Source of the DNA: Candidatus Iainarchaeum sp.
Lineage (GTDB): Archaea; Iainarchaeota; Iainarchaeia; Iainarchaeales; VGJJ01
Direction: 5' to 3'
Assembly: GCA_043803765.1 (NCBI GenBank)
Contig: JAZDJQ010000012.1
Location: forward strand, 66,238 to 130,237
Length of the DNA: 64,000 nucleotides
In this document: positions 30,129-39,905 of the stretch, in pieces
Position numbering within the stretch: position 1 is the stretch's first letter
Layout of the letters: each line of letters starts with the position of its first letter
The notes under the pieces: model-generated
Databases searched by the model: none
Seen by the model: only the letters and a program-made list of their open reading frames with translations
What the model was told of the DNA's origin: nothing
Position numbers and translations under genes: made by a program

Positions 30129-31142
30129 GTGCGTACGATGCCGGCTAAATCCATTATGAGAAAAAATGTGAATCATGCTTTTTCGTTTTGGGATGTTTTT
30201 TGGGAGGGATTCGCACACGCAATCAGCCCCTCATTGTTGAGTGCACAGGCATTGGTGTTGATTATTCTCATTTTTGCTCTTCTTACATGGACGGGATTCA
30301 TGGGACTAGGAGGGTTGCTTCTCAGTATTATGGCACTTTCATTTAGTTCTCTTCCATTAGTCCTATTCGTCGTGTTATTTGGTTTAGTATTATGGATTCT
30401 TGGGATTATGGCAATCAATGCATTCGTGCAAGGAATAGAGTATCATCTTGCGATGCAATCCGTTACACGTAAACCGATTGATTTGAATTTGGCATGGAAA
30501 CTCGCATCAGCTAGATGGAAAGATGCCTTTATTGTACAGGGTTGCTTTTCAGCTATTATTATTACAGCATTCATCATCTCGTCTGCCGCGATATTCTTTT
30601 TTTCTCCTGAAAAAAATATTTTATTAGTACCTCCCCTGCAATGGATAAAAGCTCTTGCGATTGCATTCGCGGTATTGACTGGAGTGCTCGTGGCATTGCA
30701 GCCATTCCTTTTGCTTTTGCTTCCAACCGTATATTTTGAGAATGTTTCTCCCGCGCAGGTTTTTGCACGCATTCATTCGTATGTTAGAAGACGATATGTT
30801 CGATTGCTCGCAGTAGCAGTAGGAATTATTGCCATTAACATGATAATTGGTTCTATTGCGGATATGGCATACACGATTCCTATTGAAAGAACGCTGCCAT
30901 TTTCTATTATTGTGTTTGCCGTTGTTGCTACCATTATTCAGTTGCTGGTCATCCTGTTCACATTCACTCTCACCGTGTGTATTCAAACCCTATTGTATTT
31001 GCACGTGGGAAAGCCCAAAACCGCAACGCAGTTTGTTTCCACGGGGATTGTAGGAACCGCTCTTTCCAGGATGACTCCTGAAAATCCTCATTATTCGGGA
31101 AGACTTCCTGTCAAGTGGAAAAGCCCGCGGAAGCGAAAATAA
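30129..31142 (+). CDS. Polytopic membrane protein (337 aa), function unknown.
   Basis: Long ORF with more than 8 hydrophobic segments and a basic C-terminal tail. No motif recognised. Confidence 0.55.
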   Translation: MRTMPAKSIMRKNVNHAFSFWDVFWEGFAHAISPSLLSAQALVLIILIFALLTWTGFMGLGGLLLSIMALSFSSLPLVLFVVLFGLVLWILGIMAINAFVQGIEYHLAMQSVTRKPIDLNLAWKLASARWKDAFIVQGCFSAIIITAFIISSAAIFFFSPEKNILLVPPLQWIKALAIAFAVLTGVLVALQPFLLLLLPTVYFENVSPAQVFARIHSYVRRRYVRLLAVAVGIIAINMIIGSIADMAYTIPIERTLPFSIIVFAVVATIIQLLVILFTFTLTVCIQTLLYLHVGKPKTATQFVSTGIVGTALSRMTPENPHYSGRLPVKWKSPRKRK

Positions 31143-31294
31143 AATGACATCATCAATTTTGAATCACTAGAATAACATCCATAATGGACTATTTTCTCCA
31201 TGTTGGGCGCGCGATATTTTCTAACATTCTCACCCGCTTTTGGGTCACACCCTTTTTTCAGCATCAAACTTCCACGCGTCTGGAAAGAAAGCCC

Positions 31295-33301
31295 TCAACG
31301 ATTGGCTTTCTTAATAATTGTGACGATTCCCTTGTCCGCATCCACAATTATTTCGTCCCCGTCTTTCAGTATTTTGGTTGCAACGTTCGTTCCTATAATG
31401 CATGGTTTGTTTAATTCGCGTGCCACGATGGCAGCATGCGACGTTATTCCGCCTTCATCGGTAATAATAGCACGCGCCATCCTCATTACTGGAACGAAAT
31501 CTGGATGAGTCATTTCCGTAACTAGTATTTCACCCTCCTGGAATAGATTTAGTTTATCCTTGGATTGGATAATTCGTACTTTGCCTGTTACCTTCCCCTT
31601 GTAAGCAGGTTGTCCTTTAATTTCCTTCAAATTTTCAGCGACTTTTTCTTCATATAAAAAAAGGCCTCTTTTTTCAAGTTCGGATGATAATTCATCCCCT
31701 AAATAGAGATTGCCATTCAAAAGTGCATAACCAGCCAGTCGCTTTCGAATACGTGCCACAACTTTCTTTTCAAGCCCCTCTTCAGCCAACTTAATTGCTT
31801 CTGCCGGAGTTAGTATAGAGCTAAGTTCCGAATATGCTCCAAATTTTTTTGGCCAAAATTCCATCCATATGTCGCTCATACGGTCTGAGTATCGTTCAAA
31901 TAACGCGCGGCGTTTCGTTGCCTCTGCAATAATTTGCTGCGACATATTTGGCAAATTAGGAGCATAAAACATTACTTTCATTGCCGACCACCACATCATG
32001 AGACTATGATAATAAGCCTCAAAATCGTGGATTGCTTCAAGTTGTTTTTCTCCAGACAACCATGGTTTTAGAGTACCCCATTCAGTGTCCAATCGACTAG
32101 TTAAACGGTTCAACACTGTCGGATCTGCGTTCAAAACACCCACCATTTTCTCCTTCAACACACGCATTTCTTCTGAGTCATACCAAACCGAAGTCGAAGT
32201 GCCATCAAAAACAAAAAGATTATTAGAAAGTTGAAAATCAAAGAAGTCTTTGAAACTTACACGATCACTCTCATTCCACAAATAAAAATAAAATAATGGT
32301 CTTTCACGAGAAAAAGTTTTAGTCAAAAATATCTTACTATTTGTATTATCCAAAACTTTCGACAACGTCGTAATTGGTCTACTCTGCGTAATGTAAAAGA
32401 CCCCTTTCTCCAATGCCCACTCTACATCAACCGGAAAACCATAATGCGCTTCAATTTTCAAAATGAGTCTTCCCAATTCCTGAATTTGAGTATCATCAAG
32501 TTTCTGCAAGGAACCCTTTTCGGAACTTATTTCCTTCCATTCATTGCCCCCATTTTCCAAACGAAAAATACCTTTCTTCTGCTCGCTCACATTCTTATCC
32601 AAAATACCAAAAGGCTTCTTCTCCAACACATACGAATCGGGCGTAATCTGACCCGAAACAATCGCCTCACCCAATCCAAGGCCTGCTTCGATAACCATTT
32701 GATTATAGTCTTGCGTCACCGGATGCACGGAAAACGCAATACCTGATACTTCGCTCTCCACCATCTTCTGAACCACAACTGCAACCGAAATAGTTGCATC
32801 GTGCAGTCCCTTCTCAAAACGATAAAAGATAGCCCGCGATGTGAAAAGAGAGGCCCAGCATTTTTTCATATTCTCTAATAATTTATCTTTTGTCGTATTC
32901 AGAAACGTATCCAACTGACCCGCCCAGGCCGCCGAGGAAGAATCCTCTGCCGTAGCCGAAGAACGAACCGCAACAAATGGAGAATTTAGTTCGTTAAAAT
33001 GTGAAAGAATCTCCTCCTGCAAATCAACTGGCAGTGTTTGAGTTAAAATCAGTGATTGAATTTTCTCACTCGCACGCTCAACGGATTCCATCTCCAAATG
33101 ATTTACCTTATGCAAAATAGAGTCAATGTCCGCTTTGATGCCCTTTTCTGAAATATACCGGTCGAACGCGAAAGAAAGAACCACAAAACCAAGAGGAACG
33201 GGAATTTTCGCTTGGGTCATCTCCCCCAACGATGCTCCTTTTCCCCCTGCGATCGGGGTGTCATGCCGGTCAATCCGGGTAAAGGGTTTAACGAAAGGCA
33301 T
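31295..33301 (-). CDS. PEP-utilising enzyme family protein (PEP synthase / pyruvate, water dikinase-like). Has a PPDK_N ATP-grasp domain and a C-terminal phospho-His mobile domain.
   Basis: N-terminus from ATG 33301: MPFVKPFTRIDRHDTPIAGGKGASLGEM. C-terminus has GGITSHAAIVARELNKPCIIG. No C-terminal TIM-barrel PEP-binding domain. The ORF extends upstream to 33475 but that extension is unlikely. Confidence 0.8.
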   Translation of the reverse strand: MPFVKPFTRIDRHDTPIAGGKGASLGEMTQAKIPVPLGFVVLSFAFDRYISEKGIKADIDSILHKVNHLEMESVERASEKIQSLILTQTLPVDLQEEILSHFNELNSPFVAVRSSATAEDSSSAAWAGQLDTFLNTTKDKLLENMKKCWASLFTSRAIFYRFEKGLHDATISVAVVVQKMVESEVSGIAFSVHPVTQDYNQMVIEAGLGLGEAIVSGQITPDSYVLEKKPFGILDKNVSEQKKGIFRLENGGNEWKEISSEKGSLQKLDDTQIQELGRLILKIEAHYGFPVDVEWALEKGVFYITQSRPITTLSKVLDNTNSKIFLTKTFSRERPLFYFYLWNESDRVSFKDFFDFQLSNNLFVFDGTSTSVWYDSEEMRVLKEKMVGVLNADPTVLNRLTSRLDTEWGTLKPWLSGEKQLEAIHDFEAYYHSLMMWWSAMKVMFYAPNLPNMSQQIIAEATKRRALFERYSDRMSDIWMEFWPKKFGAYSELSSILTPAEAIKLAEEGLEKKVVARIRKRLAGYALLNGNLYLGDELSSELEKRGLFLYEEKVAENLKEIKGQPAYKGKVTGKVRIIQSKDKLNLFQEGEILVTEMTHPDFVPVMRMARAIITDEGGITSHAAIVARELNKPCIIGTNVATKILKDGDEIIVDADKGIVTIIKKANR

Positions 33302-33391
33302 GGATAAATTCTTCAGGAATCCTCTTTTTAACGCGTGGCGGTGGCGTGCCAACGGCATATTTATATTGTTTTTCTTACTTTTCTTACTTGT

Positions 33392-33649
33392 ATGACAGAT
33401 GTGGCGATTGTAACCGTAAGCGAAAAAGGGCAGATTGCCCTCCCTAAAAAAACGCGGGAGCGATGGGGAATTCATAAGGGGGACAAATTATTGTTGTTGG
33501 AAAACAAGGGAAAAATCGTTTTGGCACCCGTTAAAGGGTCAAAAGAAGCTGCGGATGTGGATGAGATGCAGTGGATAATGGGGGTGTCCGCTCAAGTCTT
33601 GAAGGAGGATTGGGATTACAAGGGGGATGATGTCTGGGATGAGTTATGA
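33392..33649 (+). CDS. AbrB/MazE-type antitoxin (SpoVT/AbrB swapped-hairpin domain).
   Basis: MTDVAIVTVSEKGQIALPKKTRERWGIHKGDKLLL is a typical AbrB/MazE fold signature. Overlaps the downstream toxin gene by 23 nt. The ORF track starts at GTG 33335; ATG 33392 is preferred. Confidence 0.7.
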   Translation: MTDVAIVTVSEKGQIALPKKTRERWGIHKGDKLLLLENKGKIVLAPVKGSKEAADVDEMQWIMGVSAQVLKEDWDYKGDDVWDEL

Positions 33650-33989
33650 GCAGGGGGATATTGTATTAATGTATTATCCCAATACGGATCTTTCAACGGG
33701 TAAAAAAAGACCCGCATTAGTAGTATCAAATAGTGCGTTTAATTCTCGACAGGATGATCTGATTACGTGTCTCATTACGAGCAATATCGAACAAGACCCG
33801 TTGGGAGTCATTATTGATTTCCATGATTTATCAGAGGGGAGTTTGCCGGTAAGGAGTCGCATTAAACCGTATCGAATTTTCACGGCTAAAAAAGGGGTCA
33901 TTGAAAAAAAGCTGGGGGTAATCTCGAAACGGAAATTAAATGAGACGTTTGAAAAAATACAAAAGGTAATACGGCCCGCCGTGGTGTAA
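33627..33989 (+). CDS. MazF/PemK-family toxin (mRNA interferase).
   Basis: GDIVLMYYP...KKRPALVVSNSAFN...LITCLITS matches the Kid/PemK/MazF pattern. Coupled to the upstream antitoxin. Confidence 0.75.
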   Translation: MMSGMSYEQGDIVLMYYPNTDLSTGKKRPALVVSNSAFNSRQDDLITCLITSNIEQDPLGVIIDFHDLSEGSLPVRSRIKPYRIFTAKKGVIEKKLGVISKRKLNETFEKIQKVIRPAVV

Positions 33990-34135
33990 AAATAGGCAAT
34001 CCTGCTGAAAAGGACGTCGGAAAGGATTTGTAATATACTCTATTTTTGGTCTCCAAACCTGCTCACCCTCCAAAACCTATTTTAACGCACGAGGCCTGTT
34101 TGCGTCATGTCGGTTGCAATTAACAGGGTAAGCCA

Positions 34136-37100
34136 ATGGATTGTCGAGCAATCCCTTTATACACGCGCGACTGGAGTGAGACAACGATGAAGATTGGAGG
34201 TTTTGAAGTCGGCCCCTATGCGGTGCGGGAGGAAGGGGGAAAGAAGCACCTCATCTATGCGTGTAAAGACTGTGTTTTTGGTGCGAGTCTAGCCGATGAT
34301 GCGCATTGTCGTTTTCACGTGTTGAATATTTTGCAAAAATCCGATGCGGATTTGATTGTGCTTGCGGATGTATATGAGCGCGTATACAATGAGGAGCAAA
34401 CAAAGAATTGGAAAGAGATTGCGGATTTGATTAATGAGTTCAAGGGAAAAGAATACTGGAGTTATTCTCATTTAGGCGACCCGGAGAAAGAAAACGAGGC
34501 AGAGTTTGGTGCGCGACACGATGAGATGATGCAGATAACGTATGAAGTTCTTTCATACGATCCAATCAAGGCATACCTTCGTTGTCTTTCTGCACTCAAA
34601 AGGGAAGCGGGAAAAGCAAAGAGTGGTGGAAACGCATCTCCAGTATATGGTAAAACTCTTCAATCGGTGAGAGAATCATTTGAGAAAACAAAATTTATTC
34701 AGCAGACAAAAGAATATTTGTTGAGATTGGATTCCATTCCCGATTCAAATGAATTGTATCGTCATTTCTTTGAAGCCGAAGTAAAGCCGTCCTTTATTGG
34801 TTCACGCTTAATGTTTGGAAATGAAGTGGAGAATTTTGAATTATTGGACGAGTATTCTGTTGGAAAGTCTACGGTTCAAATATTCAATCATCCAAACAAA
34901 GTGGCTAAATTATATTTTGTGAATCCGCCTGAATATTCTCTCTCTCCTGAAAAATATTTTCTCCTTAGTAAGACGAAAGAAGTAGTATCGGGATACAACC
35001 CCGGACGTTCCGGATTATCGGACATTGCTTCCTCTCGAAACTATTTTACTCGTGTCTATCAAGCCACCATTCGTGATTTGGCTCATCGGAATAACATCAA
35101 AATAGAAAACGAGGAAATTGAAGAGTTAGCGGAAGTCGTGTCCCGCTATACGGTAGGATACGGCATACTGGAATTGTTGCTGTCCGACCGAAAAATAACC
35201 GACATCTTTTTGGATTCCCCCATAGGGGGAAAACCCGTGTACTTGGTGCACGCCGAATACGGACAGTGCATGACGAATATTTTGTACACGGAGAATGAAG
35301 CGGAAGCATTTGTTTCTAAACTTCGCGCCATGAGCGGCAGGCCGTTCGATGAAGCCCACCCGGTATTAGACTTTGATTTGCCGGGGCAGGAAACCCGTGT
35401 GGCGAGCATTGGAAAACCGCTTTCCCCGGATGGTTTAGCATTTGCTTTTCGCCTGCACAAAACAACCCCCTGGACGCTTGAACAATACATTGACAATAAG
35501 TTTCTCACCCCTCTTGCTGCGGGAATGCTTTCTTTTTTTGTTGATTCTAAAGCAACGATGCTCGTAACCGGTTCCCGCGGGAGTGGAAAAACAAGCTTGT
35601 TGAGTGCATTGATGCTTGAAATATTGCAGAACTCGCGATTGATTGTGCAGGAGGATAGCGTTACAGGGGATTCTGAAATATTGGTTGAAAACAACAACCA
35701 AATGGAATACACCACGGTAGGAAAACTCGTTGACAAACAAATGGAGGAATTCGGAAGCCTGCCCATACACAATAGAGAATTATTAGACTGCAACCCGAAT
35801 AATATACACGTCTTTGCATTGGATAAAAATGGGAGAATCCAACTTCAGCGTGTGTCCCAATTCAGCCGGCACAAAGTGACAAAAGAGATTATTGAAGTCA
35901 CTACACGCAGTGGGAGAAAAATAAAAGTGACGTGCGATCACTCATTATTCAGTCTGAATGAGAGTGGAAGAATTGTTCCGGTCAAGACATCAGCATTAAC
36001 ACTAGGGAGTTATGTGGCAGTTCCTAAACTGTTTTCATCCGAAAACAGTCCTATCCCCGCATTTTCAGGATTGGAAGCGCTCGCATTGGAAGAAAAAGCG
36101 CTTCTCAAGGGGGAGACCTTACGGCTTTTTGTCAGCCAGAATTGGATAGAAGTAAAAAAATGGGCAAATGAAAAAGGATATCAAAAGAGCACCCCAAGCG
36201 CGTGGAAACGGGCGGGAATACTTCCAGCAAAGCTCTTTATACTATTGAATGGACCATCCCAAATTCCCATTAAAAACATTCAATTCAAACTAGACAGGAA
36301 ATCAAAGGAAATTCCACTTGTATGGGAAGCAAACGAAGATTTGGTGACTCTCGCGGGATTGTGGCTTGCGGATGGATGTTATGACACACGGTATGGAATG
36401 ATTGTTTCCGTTGGCGATGAGCCGAGCAAACAATTGCTTGAACGTTTCGCTGAACGATTGGGATTAACCACTCGGGAACATAGCGACGGGTTTTCCACTA
36501 TTATCTCAAACACGAATCTCGTGTGGTTCTGGAAAAATGTGATGAAATTGAATGGAAACGCGTACACTAAAGAATTCCCTCAGTGGATTTTTAATGCATC
36601 GAAATCCCAACAGGGCCGTTTTTTGAGAGGATTATTCAGCGGAGACGGGTGTGTAACCCAAAATGAAATAAATATTTCGTTAGCCTCGGAGAAGATGACC
36701 AAACAGATTCAAACGCTCCTGACCCATTTTGGAATTATTTCCCGTAAAAGAAAAATAGATGAAAAAGACAAAACATATCAAACCTATATTGGGGAATGGA
36801 ATCATTTCAATTCCTTCCAGAAAAATATCGGGTTTTTACCCCAACACAAAGTAGAACGGCTGAACAATCTGTGCTCCAAAAAAAGAGCCACGCATGACAC
36901 GCTTGATATCGTACCAATATCCAAAGAAAATATCAAAAATATTGCGGCCGTGTCTGAACCGTTTAATTCGCATGATTATATTGGAAAAGGAAATAGAATG
37001 GGAAGACGTAAGCTTCAATCATTGCTTTCCACAGTGAAAACGCAAACGGTTCTTATTGATGGTCTCAAACAAACAATGAACTCGGATGTATTTTTCGATG

Positions 37101-38038
37101 AAGTGGTGGAATTGCAAAAAATAGAACATGAAGAAACATATGTGTATGATTTTTCAGTCCCGGATGCGGAAAACTTTGTTTGTGAAAACATTATTGCACA
37201 CAACACACTGGAGTTACCAGTCCCCTACCTGAAAGAAATAGGGTTTAATGTTCAGCGATTGAAAACAAGATCTCCTATTGGAGTGAGCAAGAGTGATACC
37301 GAAGTGGCTCCGGAAGAAGCATTGCGTACCGCATTACGTTTAGGTGATTCTGCTCTCATACTGGGAGAGGTTCGTTCCGAGGAAGCACGGGTGTTATACG
37401 AGGCCATGCGGGTAGGGGCTGCAGGAAACACCGTATTAGGAACAATTCACGCCGACTCGGCCTATAGTGTGTGGGACAGAGTGGTGAATGATTTGAAAGT
37501 TCCTACGACTAGTTTTAAGGCAACCGATTTGGTCGTGGTTGCACGTCCCATTCGTTTTTCAGGAAGTTTAAAGTCGCATCGCCGAATGACCCAAATAACC
37601 GAAGTAAAAAAACACTGGAATAAGGACCCTGACCGTGAAGGCGGATTATTGGATTTGATGCTGTATGATGCCCGTACGGACGCATTAGAATTAATGGAGG
37701 ATAATCTAAAAGAAAGCGAATTGTTTGAACGCATACGCCGATTGTCAGGGTTAACACTTAATCAAATATGGGATGATATCCGAACTCAAGCGAATGCTAA
37801 ACTATTCATGGTTGAATTGAAAAACCAATACAAGATTCCTGAAATACTTGAAGGGGAATACACTTCCTCTGCTCGCGCCAAACTTGCATTAATCAAAGAC
37901 CAGCAAATACAAGAACACGGTTCTCCTGATTTTGCAGAATTATTAGTAGAGTGGAAAGAATGGGTGAAAAAGAACACACTACAATCCGTCCTAACGAAGA
38001 AACAACAGCGCGAAGAAGAAAAAAAAGAAAACGAATAA
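34136..38038 (+). CDS. Type II/IV secretion-system ATPase (FlaI/VirB11/PilB-like, archaeal pilus assembly ATPase) with an in-frame intein. Spliced product is about 784 aa.
   Basis: Walker A LVTGSRGSGKTS. Asp box RLIVQED|intein|TLEL, which is IVQEDTLEL when spliced. Walker B DSALILGEVRSEEA. His box VLGTIHADSA. The N-terminal extension contains a CKDC…HCRFH Cys/His cluster. Confidence 0.85.
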   Translation: MDCRAIPLYTRDWSETTMKIGGFEVGPYAVREEGGKKHLIYACKDCVFGASLADDAHCRFHVLNILQKSDADLIVLADVYERVYNEEQTKNWKEIADLINEFKGKEYWSYSHLGDPEKENEAEFGARHDEMMQITYEVLSYDPIKAYLRCLSALKREAGKAKSGGNASPVYGKTLQSVRESFEKTKFIQQTKEYLLRLDSIPDSNELYRHFFEAEVKPSFIGSRLMFGNEVENFELLDEYSVGKSTVQIFNHPNKVAKLYFVNPPEYSLSPEKYFLLSKTKEVVSGYNPGRSGLSDIASSRNYFTRVYQATIRDLAHRNNIKIENEEIEELAEVVSRYTVGYGILELLLSDRKITDIFLDSPIGGKPVYLVHAEYGQCMTNILYTENEAEAFVSKLRAMSGRPFDEAHPVLDFDLPGQETRVASIGKPLSPDGLAFAFRLHKTTPWTLEQYIDNKFLTPLAAGMLSFFVDSKATMLVTGSRGSGKTSLLSALMLEILQNSRLIVQEDSVTGDSEILVENNNQMEYTTVGKLVDKQMEEFGSLPIHNRELLDCNPNNIHVFALDKNGRIQLQRVSQFSRHKVTKEIIEVTTRSGRKIKVTCDHSLFSLNESGRIVPVKTSALTLGSYVAVPKLFSSENSPIPAFSGLEALALEEKALLKGETLRLFVSQNWIEVKKWANEKGYQKSTPSAWKRAGILPAKLFILLNGPSQIPIKNIQFKLDRKSKEIPLVWEANEDLVTLAGLWLADGCYDTRYGMIVSVGDEPSKQLLERFAERLGLTTREHSDGFSTIISNTNLVWFWKNVMKLNGNAYTKEFPQWIFNASKSQQGRFLRGLFSGDGCVTQNEINISLASEKMTKQIQTLLTHFGIISRKRKIDEKDKTYQTYIGEWNHFNSFQKNIGFLPQHKVERLNNLCSKKRATHDTLDIVPISKENIKNIAAVSEPFNSHDYIGKGNRMGRRKLQSLLSTVKTQTVLIDGLKQTMNSDVFFDEVVELQKIEHEETYVYDFSVPDAENFVCENIIAHNTLELPVPYLKEIGFNVQRLKTRSPIGVSKSDTEVAPEEALRTALRLGDSALILGEVRSEEARVLYEAMRVGAAGNTVLGTIHADSAYSVWDRVVNDLKVPTTSFKATDLVVVARPIRFSGSLKSHRRMTQITEVKKHWNKDPDREGGLLDLMLYDARTDALELMEDNLKESELFERIRRLSGLTLNQIWDDIRTQANAKLFMVELKNQYKIPEILEGEYTSSARAKLALIKDQQIQEHGSPDFAELLVEWKEWVKKNTLQSVLTKKQQREEEKKENE
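35657..37204 (+). mobile_element. Intein (516 aa) with a LAGLIDADG homing endonuclease, inserted in the Asp box of the secretion ATPase.
   Basis: Block A SVTGDSEILV (Ser1). Block B VTCDHSLFS. LAGLIDADG motifs LAGLWLADG and FLRGLFSGDG. Block F VYDFSVPDAENFV. Block G IIAHN followed by Thr+1. Confidence 0.85.
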
Positions 38039-38101
38039 TCCACCTACTACCCTGCGAAAAAAAGAAAAAAATGAGAGGAATAATTGTTTCCTCCCATGCG
38101 A

Positions 38102-39901
38102 TTACGTTAACCAATCAAACAATGTGTCCCAGAAAGAATCGGTCGAATCTTTACCTGTTCCATCTTCGCTCCCATTACTGGTTGTCCCGTTGGGCATGCA
38201 ATACAAGAGAATAGAGTCCCACTGGGTTCCATCGGTACACCCATAATCGTCTGAAGTATCATCTTGACCCGGTTCGTCCGGCATAAGTATGTAACACAGT
38301 TTATTGAGTTCGTCCCAGCCGAATCCGTCGGGGCACACGTGATAGTACTCACCGTTATCGGTTCCGCATAGCAACAAATCGCCAAAAGAGAAGGGATACT
38401 GGCAGGTCGGGACGGGAAAATTATAATTTAAGCACGTCGGATAAAGGGGATCGAATACCGAGATGGGCCAATTGCATTTATTGTAAGGAGTCAACATGCA
38501 CAGCTTGTCGGTTTCATCCCAGTCATAAAATTGGGAGCAGGGGTCACTTCCATCCGCACAAAACCAACTATACCCGCCATCCGGGGAAACGGGGTCGGGA
38601 CAGGAAGGCCACTTCCCTTCTTTTAAGAGACAAACCAAAAACGGTTCTGCTTCAGCTGGATCATGAGGAAGAGGACAAGGACCACTTGGCGTGCTCGTAT
38701 CATCTCCGTCGTCGTCATCCGTGCACTCAGGACACTTACAGGCTACTGCACTAATATCGTATTCGCAGATAGGCGGATCATTACAAGCCCCCGGACCCGT
38801 GGTAACAGGACAATATTTTCTGTTGCAATATTCTTCAAGAAGCATTACGAGATCATTTTCGCTTAGCTGACTAATGTCGAGTCCTTTTATTCCAGCCATC
38901 AACGCGACAGCCGCACTCGTGTCAACGCTCCCTGCACATTCTCCTCCCTCTGATGCCCCGCCTCCGCCGCCGGGTGCCACTGGACTATTTGGACCGGGCG
39001 TTGTTGAACCCGGGGGAGATCCACCGCCCCCAGTGGTCGTCGGACCCGACCCAGAAGGAGCCGTGGGGGAACCAGGGCCGGGAGTAGAACATCCTTCGGC
39101 ATCATATTTACACTCGCAACCGTACTTATCCTCTCCATGTTCACCCACAGCTATGTAGCCCGTACATTTTCCTTCCATCATGCATCCAAGAGGGCCTGTT
39201 TTGTCGGGGCATTCACGTTGGTTGCATCGTGCGTTGTTCACCATGTCGTAGTCTTCCGGAGTACTGTGTTCGTCAATAAGTTGGTCATACATTTTCGCAA
39301 GCTGTTCTTGGGTCAAACCCGGTGCATCCTTGCAAATGTTACTTCCCCCTGTAGTCGGACCACTGGGTTTCGATTCCGGCCCAGATGGTGCTTGGGGAGT
39401 TGTGGCTCCTCCGGTGGTTGGTCCATATGGATCCCTACACTCACAAGAGTATTCATCTTCCGACTCATAAGTAGACATGGTGCACACTTCCCCCGGTGGG
39501 CACCTTCCGCCACAATTGGTCGAACTTCCGCAGGTGTAAAAAGCTTCTATAACCTCGTTAACAATACCGGCTGCTACTCTTTTTGGAAAGCACAAAATAT
39601 TCTCAGCTGCATCGGCAGTAACAGAGATAAATCCCCCTATGTTCTCTGAAAGAACCCCACAAGCGAGTCCAGCGGAGCCAGCCGCTCCAATGATAACCCC
39701 CAACTCACTCGCAGCAGAGAAGGGAAGAGCAACAAGCGCGATGGATCCTTCCCCAAAGGTATCCACTGATTCAATAGCATTATCTTTGAACGAACTCATC
39801 CATCCTGCCGAGACGAGGGAGGCGTGTTGTCCTATCTGGAATCCTACAACCGACACCAAAAGAAGGGAGAGAATCAATACTTGAAAGAGAGGTGATTTCA
39901 T
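38102..39901 (-). CDS. Secreted Cys-rich protein (599 aa) with Pro/Gly/Thr-rich linkers.
   Basis: N-terminal signal peptide MKSPLFQVLILSLLLVSVVG. More than 50 Cys in CxC/CxxC clusters. PTTGG/PGS low-complexity linkers. An acidic DDDDGDD stretch. Confidence 0.7.
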   Translation of the reverse strand: MKSPLFQVLILSLLLVSVVGFQIGQHASLVSAGWMSSFKDNAIESVDTFGEGSIALVALPFSAASELGVIIGAAGSAGLACGVLSENIGGFISVTADAAENILCFPKRVAAGIVNEVIEAFYTCGSSTNCGGRCPPGEVCTMSTYESEDEYSCECRDPYGPTTGGATTPQAPSGPESKPSGPTTGGSNICKDAPGLTQEQLAKMYDQLIDEHSTPEDYDMVNNARCNQRECPDKTGPLGCMMEGKCTGYIAVGEHGEDKYGCECKYDAEGCSTPGPGSPTAPSGSGPTTTGGGGSPPGSTTPGPNSPVAPGGGGGASEGGECAGSVDTSAAVALMAGIKGLDISQLSENDLVMLLEEYCNRKYCPVTTGPGACNDPPICEYDISAVACKCPECTDDDDGDDTSTPSGPCPLPHDPAEAEPFLVCLLKEGKWPSCPDPVSPDGGYSWFCADGSDPCSQFYDWDETDKLCMLTPYNKCNWPISVFDPLYPTCLNYNFPVPTCQYPFSFGDLLLCGTDNGEYYHVCPDGFGWDELNKLCYILMPDEPGQDDTSDDYGCTDGTQWDSILLYCMPNGTTSNGSEDGTGKDSTDSFWDTLFDWLT

Positions 39902-39905
39902 GCTT

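Noticed and set aside
30443-30986. Minus-strand ORFs of 64-120 aa.
   Set aside because: Antisense within the 337-aa membrane protein gene. Translations are Asn/Lys-rich junk.
30129-31142. Tested whether this membrane protein is the missing prepilin peptidase (A24/FlaK/PibD).
   Set aside because: No recognisable paired Asp motifs, in particular no GxGD-type motif. Left as an unknown membrane protein.
35146-35793. 215-aa minus-strand ORF, plus others at 35126..35359 and 35435..35770.
   Set aside because: They lie entirely antisense within the well-supported secretion ATPase gene. No motifs.
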